From NCBI GenBank assembly GCA_964658025.1, contig CAZZXB010000030.1, positions 1-13,458 of the forward strand: DNA of 13,458 nt, read 5' to 3'. Origin of the DNA: an uncultured Janthinobacterium sp. (GTDB lineage Bacteria > Vulcanimicrobiota > Vulcanimicrobiia > Vulcanimicrobiales > Vulcanimicrobiaceae). The notes under the pieces were generated by a model. It was not told where the DNA came from. It worked only from the letters and a program-made list of their open reading frames with translations, and searched no databases. The position numbers were made by a program, and so were the translations under genes. Positions 1 through 6,098 of the stretch are shown here, in pieces. Positions within the stretch are counted from its first letter, which is position 1. Each line of letters starts with the position of its first letter.

Positions 1-1
1 C

Positions 2-394
2 GACGCGAACGCGAAGCGCGCGAACGCGAACGCCACGGCGGACGCGAAAGCGAGGGACAACGCGCGCGTCGTCGCGCGCGATGCGCGGAACGGTCGCGCA
101 CCCGGCGCGATCGAGGAGACGTTCGCGCGGCGGCTCGTCGAGCGGACGGCGCGCGCGGCGCGGGCCGACGCCGTCGATCGCGCGCGCAGCTATCCGTCGT
201 TTCATTCTTCGCTCACGATCGGCGTCGACGGCGAACGCGTGCAGCTCGTGCTGCGCCGTCGCGGCCCGACGCTCCACGTCGTCGCGGTCTGCACGCGTGC
301 GAACGTCGCGCTCGTCCGTCGGGCCCTCGCCTGCGCGGACGCGCATCTTCGCTTGCGTGGAGAGTCCGTGCGCGCCTCGGTCGTCGCGTCGTGA
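2..394 (+). CDS. Partial (5'-truncated by window) protein; C-terminus resembles the flagellar hook-length control FliK (T3S4) domain
   Basis: Not in the ORF track. Frame 2 is open from base 2 to TGA 392-394. A low-complexity Ala/Asn/Arg linker is followed by LTIGVDGERVQLVLRRRGPTLHVVAVCTRANVALVRRALACADAHLRLRGESVRASVV, the beta-beta-beta-helix-G-beta pattern of FliK C-termini. The stop overlaps the next GTG (GTGA 391-394). Confidence 0.55.
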   Translation, partial: DANAKRANANATADAKARDNARVVARDARNGRAPGAIEETFARRLVERTARAARADAVDRARSYPSFHSSLTIGVDGERVQLVLRRRGPTLHVVAVCTRANVALVRRALACADAHLRLRGESVRASVVAS

Positions 395-1110
395 TCGATC
401 CCGCGATATCGAACGCGCTCGACCGGATCGCGGCGCGCGACGCCGACGCGCGCGGCGCGTACGTTCCGGGGTTCTCGCCCGCCGCATCCGACGTCGCGTC
501 GCGCGCGCAGATCGTGCGCGACGACGATCCGCTCTCGGTCGCGCTCCCCGAAGGCGCGTTCGCCCTGACGTCGGGTCCGGGCGGCGAGATCCGGTACGGG
601 CGCGCCGGGGCGTTCGCGTTCTCCGACGGCCGACTCGTCGCGGGGGACGGAAGCCCCGCGCTCGGATTTCCGCTCGGCTCTCGCACCTCGCTCGTCCCGC
701 TCCGGATCGATCCGTACGACGCCGCGACCGGCGGCGTCGCGCGCCCGCGGATCGAGGCCGACGGCACGATCGTCTACGATCGCACGGCGATCGATCCGCG
801 CACCGGAGCGCGCCGGAGCGAACGCGTCGCGGTCGGTCGGCTCGCGCTCGCGCGCTTCCCCGCCGGCACGCAGCCCGAGCGGATCGACGCGATGCACGTC
901 CGGCCGCCCGCGGGCGTCGCGGCGCGACTCGGCGTGCCGGGCGAAGGCGGCTTCGGCGCGCTCGCGACGCGCGCGCACGACCTCGGTCGCGTCGACGTCG
1001 TCGTCGCGCTCGACAAGATGAAAGAGGCCTACGTCGCGTTCGAAGCGCTCCGCGCCGCCAAGCACGGCCGAGACGGAACGGTGAGAACCGCGATGGATCT
1101 CGTCAAGTGA
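391..1110 (+). CDS. Divergent flagellar rod/hook protein, FlgE/FlgF/FlgG family (239 aa)
   Basis: DPLSVALPEGAF..IRYGRAGAFAFSDGRLVAGDGSPALG matches the family motif PLDxAIxGxGFF..YTRxGxF..G.LV..G..VLG. VGRLALARF and GVPGEGGFGAL..VDVV..M..AY.AFEA match the FlgG/FlgE C-terminal region. GTGA overlaps at both ends. Confidence 0.75.
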   Translation: MIDPAISNALDRIAARDADARGAYVPGFSPAASDVASRAQIVRDDDPLSVALPEGAFALTSGPGGEIRYGRAGAFAFSDGRLVAGDGSPALGFPLGSRTSLVPLRIDPYDAATGGVARPRIEADGTIVYDRTAIDPRTGARRSERVAVGRLALARFPAGTQPERIDAMHVRPPAGVAARLGVPGEGGFGALATRAHDLGRVDVVVALDKMKEAYVAFEALRAAKHGRDGTVRTAMDLVK

Positions 1111-1910
1111 TCGCGGTGCTCGCGTTCGAATCGCCGCGACTCCTCGCCGACGGTCGCGTGACGCGCGAGTGCGCGTTCTCGCCGCGTTCGACGCTCCCGT
1201 TATCGGCCGCGTGCCTCGTCGCGAACGGCGTGCGCGAGCACCTCTCGCGCGCGCTCGGCACGGAACTCGACGTCGATCTCGTCGCGCCCGTCGTCCCCGG
1301 ATCGCGCGAGCGACGCATCCTCACGGACGACGCGCTCGTCTATCGCGTCCGCGGTCGGATCTGCGACGGCTTCGTCGTCGTGCGCGCGGCCGACGCACGC
1401 GCGCTCGCGGCGGCTGCGTTCGGCGAACCCGAGCGACCGCCGACCGACGCGCTCTCGGAGATCGAGCGCGCGACGGTCGATCGGATCGCGCGCGGGCTCG
1501 TGCCGCTCTGCGCGACGCTGTGCGGCACGCTCGGTCCCGTCGTCCCGGAATCGAACGAGCGCGCGGCGTGCGACGTCGTGACGTATTTCGAGGTCCGCAC
1601 GACCGGCGGTCCGCGCCTCGCGATCGGCTTCGGCCTCACGCGCGATCCCGCCGAGGAGATCGAGGAGCGCATCGAACTCGCCGATCTCGTCGACGTCGAG
1701 ATCGAGGGTCGCGTCGAGTTCGCGCGCGGCGCCCTCGGCATCCCGGCTTTCGGCCGGCTCGCGCCGGGAGCGACGATCGCCTTCGATACCGCGCTCGGCA
1801 CGCCCGGACGCCTACACTTCGGCGACGTCGTCTTCGGACGGGGCGCGTGCGGGACGCGCAACGGTCGCGGCGCGATCGTGTTCGGCGACGCGACGGGCGG
1901 CGGCGCGTGA
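1107..1910 (+). CDS. fliM: FliM-like C-ring/switch protein with C-terminal SPOA domain (267 aa), lacking the N-terminal CheY-binding peptide
   Basis: This is the real 3' part of track ORF 81..1910, starting at GTG 1107 (GTGA overlap). AAFGEPERPPTDALSEIER matches the FliM LTxIE motif, and LVDVEIEGRVEFARG..LAPGATIAFD..RGACGTRNGRGAIV is SPOA-like. Lies directly upstream of fliN. Confidence 0.65.
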   Translation: MIAVLAFESPRLLADGRVTRECAFSPRSTLPLSAACLVANGVREHLSRALGTELDVDLVAPVVPGSRERRILTDDALVYRVRGRICDGFVVVRAADARALAAAAFGEPERPPTDALSEIERATVDRIARGLVPLCATLCGTLGPVVPESNERAACDVVTYFEVRTTGGPRLAIGFGLTRDPAEEIEERIELADLVDVEIEGRVEFARGALGIPAFGRLAPGATIAFDTALGTPGRLHFGDVVFGRGACGTRNGRGAIVFGDATGGGA

Positions 1911-2167
1911 ACGGCGACGACAATCTCGATCTGCTCATGAACGTCTCGCTCGTCGTCACGGCCGAACTCGGCCGTTGCTCGATGCGCGTCGGCGAGATCC
2001 TCAAGCTCGGTCGCGGATCCGTCGTCGAACTCGACCGTCTCGCGGGCGCGCCGATCGACGTGCTCGTCAACGCGCGACTCGTCGCGCGCGGCGAGACGAT
2101 CGCGGTCGACGATCGATTCGGCGTGCGCATCACGGAAGTCGTCGCCCGAAAGGTGCCGCGCGCGTGA
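1907..2167 (+). CDS. fliN: Flagellar motor switch protein FliN, SPOA domain only (86 aa)
   Basis: NLDLLMNVSLVVTAELGR..EILKLGRGSVVELDRLAGAPIDVLVNARLVARGETIAVDDRFGVRITEV is a canonical FliN sequence. GTG 1907 overlaps the upstream TGA. Confidence 0.92.
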   Translation: MNGDDNLDLLMNVSLVVTAELGRCSMRVGEILKLGRGSVVELDRLAGAPIDVLVNARLVARGETIAVDDRFGVRITEVVARKVPRA

Positions 2168-2832
2168 ACGCGGGCGATCTCGTCTCGCTCGCGTCGTCGC
2201 GCGGCGCGCAGCCGGCACTTCCGCTCGACGTCCTCGCCGGACTCACGGCGATCGCGCTCGCGCCGTTTCTCGTGATCATGACGACGTCGTTCGTGCGCAT
2301 CGTCGTCGTGCTCTCGCTCGTGCGCTCGGCGATCGGGGCGTCGTCGCTTCCGCCGAATACCGTGCTCACGGGACTCGCGCTCGTCCTCAGTTTCGTCGTC
2401 ATGACGCCGACGCTCGAGCGCATCTCGCGCGACGCGCTCGAGCCCTACGCGCGCGGCGCAATCGCGCAGCCCGCCATGATCGCCCGCGCGTTCGCTCCGC
2501 TGGAGTCGTTCATGCTCCGTCAGACGCGTGAAAAAGATCTCGCGCTCTTCGCGCGGATGGCGCGCGAGCCGCGTCGCGCGGGCGTCGCGCCGTCACCGGC
2601 GGTCGTGCTCCCCGCCTTCGTGGTCGGCGAATTGCGCAGCGCCTTCGCGATCGGCTTCGCGCTCTATCTGCCCTTCGTCGCGATCGATCTCGCGGTCGCC
2701 TCGATCCTCATGGGTCTCGGGATGTTCATGCTCAGCCCGCCGATCGTCTCGCTCCCCTGCAAGCTCCTGTTGTTCGTGATGGTCGACGGTTGGGCGCTCG
2801 TCTGCGGTGGCGTCGTTTCGAGCTTTCGTTGA
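2164..2832 (+). CDS. fliP: Flagellar export gate protein FliP (222 aa)
   Basis: Motifs MTTSFVRIVVVLSLVRSAIG, PPNTVLTGLAL, FMLRQTREKDLALF, LPAFVVGELRSAF, GMFMLSPP and LPCKLLLFVMVDGW. GTG 2164 in a GTGA overlap. Confidence 0.95.
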   Translation: MNAGDLVSLASSRGAQPALPLDVLAGLTAIALAPFLVIMTTSFVRIVVVLSLVRSAIGASSLPPNTVLTGLALVLSFVVMTPTLERISRDALEPYARGAIAQPAMIARAFAPLESFMLRQTREKDLALFARMAREPRRAGVAPSPAVVLPAFVVGELRSAFAIGFALYLPFVAIDLAVASILMGLGMFMLSPPIVSLPCKLLLFVMVDGWALVCGGVVSSFR

Positions 2833-2844
2833 CGCAAAGAAATG

Positions 2845-2898
2845 GCGACGGCACGAGGCGAGACGAGCGAGACGACACGGCACGGGACGGCGCGCGAC
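2845..2898. repeat. Degenerate T-free pentanucleotide tandem repeat (about 11 units, consensus GRSAC)
   Basis: gcgac ggcac gaggc gagac gagc gagac gacac ggcac gggac ggcgc gcgac in the fliP-metF spacer. Confidence 0.55.
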
Positions 2899-2972
2899 GA
2901 TGCCGCGCGGACGGACGGCCCGCGGAGAGGACGAACGGGTGCGCGCGAGAGCGCATCGAATAATCCGCGAGC

Positions 2973-3866
2973 ATGCGTATCTCCGAGATCCTGAAGCGTC
3001 GCGACCCGAGCATCTCGTTCGAATTCTTTCCGCCGAAAACGGATGCGGGCGTGGAGAATCTCATCGAGACCGTGCGGTCGCTCCGCGTTCTCGATCCGGC
3101 GTTCGTCTCGGTGACGTACGGGGCGGGCGGGTCGAGCCGCGCGCGGACGCTCGAAGTCGTCAAGCGGATCAAGAGCGAGCTCGAGATCGAGCCGATGGCG
3201 CATCTCAGTTGCGTCGGGAGCTCGGCGGGCGAGATCCGCGAGATCGTCCGCGATCTCGCGAGCGCCCGCGTGGAGAACATCATGGCGCTCCGCGGCGACC
3301 CGCCGCAGGGCGACGCGCGGTTCGAGGCGACCGCCGACGGCTTCCGATACGCGACCGATCTGATCGCGTTACTCGAACGCGAGTTCTCGTTCTGCGTCGG
3401 TGCGAGCGCCTATCCGGAAAAGCATCCCGAGGCCGAGAGTTTCGACGCCGATCTGCGCGTCGCGGCGGCGAAGGTCGCGGCGGGCGCGGAATTTCTCGTC
3501 ACGCAGTTCTTTTTCGATAACGACGACTATTTTTCGTACGTCGAACGCGTCCGCGCGCTCGGCGTCGACGTTCCCGTGATCCCCGGCATCATGCCGATCG
3601 TGAATTACTCGTCGGTCGAGAAGATGTTGTCGATGAACGGCGGTCGGATGCCGGAGACGCTCCGGCGCGAGCTCGAACGCCGACGCGATGAGGCCGACGC
3701 CGTCGCCGAACTGGGCATGGCGTTCATGGCCCTGCAGTGCAAGGATCTGCTCGAACGCGGCGCGCCCGGATTACATTTCTACACGCTCAACAAATCGACG
3801 GCGACGCGCGCCGTCGTCTCCGCGCTCCACGCGACGCAGGCGCTCCGCGTCTCCCTGACGCGCTGA
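2973..3866 (+). CDS. metF: 5,10-methylenetetrahydrofolate reductase (297 aa)
   Basis: All typical motifs are present: ISFEFFPPK, FVSVTYGAGG, AHLSC, ALRGDPP, AYPEKHP, GAEFLVTQFFFD, PGIMPI and GLHFYTLN. Confidence 0.97.
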   Translation: MRISEILKRRDPSISFEFFPPKTDAGVENLIETVRSLRVLDPAFVSVTYGAGGSSRARTLEVVKRIKSELEIEPMAHLSCVGSSAGEIREIVRDLASARVENIMALRGDPPQGDARFEATADGFRYATDLIALLEREFSFCVGASAYPEKHPEAESFDADLRVAAAKVAAGAEFLVTQFFFDNDDYFSYVERVRALGVDVPVIPGIMPIVNYSSVEKMLSMNGGRMPETLRRELERRRDEADAVAELGMAFMALQCKDLLERGAPGLHFYTLNKSTATRAVVSALHATQALRVSLTR

Positions 3867-4003
3867 TCGCCCTCGCCTCCGTCGATGCGGCGCGACGGAC
3901 GATCGCGCCCGTCGCCCGGCCTCGCGCCGGGCGCGAAGACCGCGGCGCGGCGCCCGTCGCGAAGACCTAACGCGCCGTCCGTCTGACGGTAACATCTCGC
4001 GCG

Positions 4004-4009
4004 TAGCGT
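4004..4009 (+). promoter_or_regulatory. Candidate -10 element of a leaderless promoter for fliQ
   Basis: TAGCGT (TANNNT) lies 6 nt before ATG 4016, and there is no Shine-Dalgarno. A second TANNNT (TAACAT) lies at 3990-3995. Confidence 0.4.
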
Positions 4010-4015
4010 TCGCGC

Positions 4016-4288
4016 ATGGACGCACTCTCCGCGATCATCCGCGAGGCGCTCGTCGTCGTCGCCGTGCTCTGCCTTCCCGTGCTCGCGCTCGCGACGGCGA
4101 TCGGAACGTTCGTCGCCGTCGTGCAGGCGGCGACGCAGGTGCAGGAGCAGACGCTCACCCTGCTTCCGAAATTACTCGCGGTCGGTGCGCTCGTCGCGCT
4201 CGGCGGCGGCTTCGGGCTCGGACTTTGCGGCACGCTCTTCAGCGAGGCGATCCGGGCGTTGCCGCAGATCGTGCGCGGCGGCGCGTGA
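4016..4288 (+). CDS. fliQ: Flagellar export gate protein FliQ (90 aa)
   Basis: Signature VQAATQVQEQTLTLLPKL, two hydrophobic segments and typical length. Confidence 0.95.
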   Translation: MDALSAIIREALVVVAVLCLPVLALATAIGTFVAVVQAATQVQEQTLTLLPKLLAVGALVALGGGFGLGLCGTLFSEAIRALPQIVRGGA

Positions 4289-5028
4289 TCGCCACGGCGT
4301 TCGGCGAGATCGGCGACGCGCAACTGCTCGTCTTCGCGCGCTGTGCGGGCTTCGCGTTTCGCGCGCCCGGCTTCTCGCATCCCGACGTCCCGGCACCCGT
4401 TCGCGCGGGGTTCGCGTTCGCGCTCTCGTTCGCGCTCGCGCGCGTGGCGGCGACGCGCGTGCCGGTCGATCCGCGCGCGCTCGCGTTCGCCGTCGCCGCG
4501 GAAACGATGGTCGGCGCGGCGATCGGGATCGCGGCGTCGCTCCTTTACGACGGCGCGTTCGCGGGCGGTCGGACGCTCGACGATTACGTCGGCATCCGCG
4601 CGAGCGTTCCGAGCGCGCAGGTCGAGGCGAACGCGGGATTCGGTCGCCTCTGGTCGCTCGCGTTCGCGACGGCGTTTTTCGTGTTCGGCGCGTATAGGCC
4701 GGCTCTACGCGGTTTCGCCGAGACCTTCGTCGCGTTACCGGCGGGCGCGCTCGTGGCGGCCGGCGGGCTCGCGACCTTCGCGATCGCGTTGCCGACGACG
4801 CTCGTCCGCGCGGCACTCCTCGTCGCGGGTCCGCCGCTCGCGATCGCGTTCGCCGCGCAACTCGCGCTCGCGGCCGTCGCGCGCGTCGTGCCGCGCTTCT
4901 CGACGTTCTCGCTCGCCTTTCCGATCGTCTTCGCGTGCGTCATCGTCGCGACGATCGCCGAGTTACCCGTCGTTCTCGGCAGCGCCGCGACGCCGTGGAT
5001 GGATCTCTCGCCGCTACGGGCGCGCTGA
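4285..5028 (+). CDS. fliR: Flagellar export gate protein FliR (247 aa)
   Basis: LLVFARCAGFAFRAPGFSHPDVPAPVRAG, ETMVGAAIG, AGGRTLDDYVG and VARVVPRFSTFSLAFPI. GTG 4285 overlaps the fliQ TGA. Confidence 0.9.
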   Translation: MIATAFGEIGDAQLLVFARCAGFAFRAPGFSHPDVPAPVRAGFAFALSFALARVAATRVPVDPRALAFAVAAETMVGAAIGIAASLLYDGAFAGGRTLDDYVGIRASVPSAQVEANAGFGRLWSLAFATAFFVFGAYRPALRGFAETFVALPAGALVAAGGLATFAIALPTTLVRAALLVAGPPLAIAFAAQLALAAVARVVPRFSTFSLAFPIVFACVIVATIAELPVVLGSAATPWMDLSPLRAR

Positions 5029-5029
5029 C

Positions 5030-6037
5030 GTGGCCGATGCGGACAAGAGCTTCGATCCCACGCCGTCGCGTCTCGCGCGTGCGAAACGGGAAGGCGACGT
5101 CGCCCGTTCGCACGATCTCACCGTCGTCTGCGCGTTCGGCGCGTCCGCGCTCGCGACGTTCGCCGCACTCGGACCGCTCGGGTCGGCCGCGCGACTCGCG
5201 ATCGCCAACGCCGCGCGCGGCGATCTCTCGCCGTGGCCGTACGCGTCGCTCGCGTTCGGCGCGCTCGCCGTCATCGCGAGCGCGCTCCTCGTCGCGGTCG
5301 GCGTTACGATCGCGCAGGGCGGAGGCATCGCCGTCCGCGCGCCGGGGGTGAAGCTGCAGAAGCTCGATCCGGTCGCGGGTCTCAAGCGCATGCTCGGACG
5401 CGATGCCGCGCTCGGCGCGGCGAAAGCCGTCGTCGTCGCGGGCGTCGTCTCGCTCGCGGTCGCCCCCGCGCTCGCCGACGTATTCGGCGCGCTCACGGCG
5501 ACGGCGTCACCCGGCGCGCTCGCGGCGTTCGCGCTCGGCGCCGTCGTGCGGGCCTTCGCGACCGCGCTCGCCGTCGCGCTCGCCTTCGCATTCGGCGACG
5601 TCTTGCTCGAACGCAAGAAGTGGATGCGTCGCTTGCGCATGTCGTTCGACGAGATCAAGCGCGATCACAAGGCGACCGAAGGCGATCCCGCGATCCGCGG
5701 CCGCCGACGTCGCGCGCACCGCGACCTCGTCCGTGGCGCGCTCGGACGCGTCCGCGAGGCGGCCGTCGTGGTGGCGAATCCCACGCACGTCGCGATCGCG
5801 CTCGATTACCGACCGCCCGCGGTCCCCGTCCCCGTCGTCCTCGTGCGCGCGATCGACGCGGGCGCGCTCGAGGTGCGCAGGCTCGCGCGCGAGGCGCGCG
5901 TCCCGATCGTCGAAAACGTCGCGCTCGCGCGCGCGCTGCTCGCATCGACCGAGGTCGGCGAGCCGATTCCGGTCGACGCGTACGGCGCGGTCGCCGCGAT
6001 CGTCGCGTCGCTCGGACGCCTGCGGGCGATCGCGTGA
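5030..6037 (+). CDS. flhB: Flagellar export substrate-specificity switch FlhB (335 aa)
   Basis: N-terminal DKSFDPTPSRLARAKREGDVARSHDL, KLDPVAGLKRM, LRMSFDEIKRDHKATEGDP, the intact NPTH autocleavage motif and VPIVENVALARAL. GTG lies 1 nt after the fliR stop. Confidence 0.95.
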   Translation: MADADKSFDPTPSRLARAKREGDVARSHDLTVVCAFGASALATFAALGPLGSAARLAIANAARGDLSPWPYASLAFGALAVIASALLVAVGVTIAQGGGIAVRAPGVKLQKLDPVAGLKRMLGRDAALGAAKAVVVAGVVSLAVAPALADVFGALTATASPGALAAFALGAVVRAFATALAVALAFAFGDVLLERKKWMRRLRMSFDEIKRDHKATEGDPAIRGRRRRAHRDLVRGALGRVREAAVVVANPTHVAIALDYRPPAVPVPVVLVRAIDAGALEVRRLAREARVPIVENVALARALLASTEVGEPIPVDAYGAVAAIVASLGRLRAIA

Positions 6038-6098
6038 GGACGATTCCGTCCGCGCGCGGCGCGATCGTCGCTTCCTTCGAGCCCGAGCGGTCGTTCGC

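Noticed and set aside
5..33. GCGAAC hexamer repeats, also at 11519-11536
   Set aside because: Short Ala-Asn codon repeats in low-complexity linkers. No spacer structure, so not CRISPR or a mobile repeat.
81..1106. Arg-rich N-terminal two-thirds of track ORF 81..1910 (609 aa)
   Set aside because: Shadow frame over the FliK-like and FlgE/G-like genes. Protein-like sequence begins only at GTG 1107.
2829..2857. TTGACG at the fliP stop as a possible -35 box for metF
   Set aside because: No -10-like hexamer at 16-18 nt spacing.
2833..2972. Canonical SAH or SAM-I/II riboswitch upstream of metF
   Set aside because: Diagnostic elements (SAH CCAGGCUC, SAM-I AUCnAGAG and GCAAC) are absent. Kept only as a low-interest finding, not as a feature.
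4343..6098. Apparent long N-terminal extensions on FlhB (4343) and FlhA (5403), and similarly on FliN, FliP and FliR
   Set aside because: Arg/Ser-rich off-frame translation of upstream genes caused by stop scarcity in GC-rich DNA. These are not fusions.
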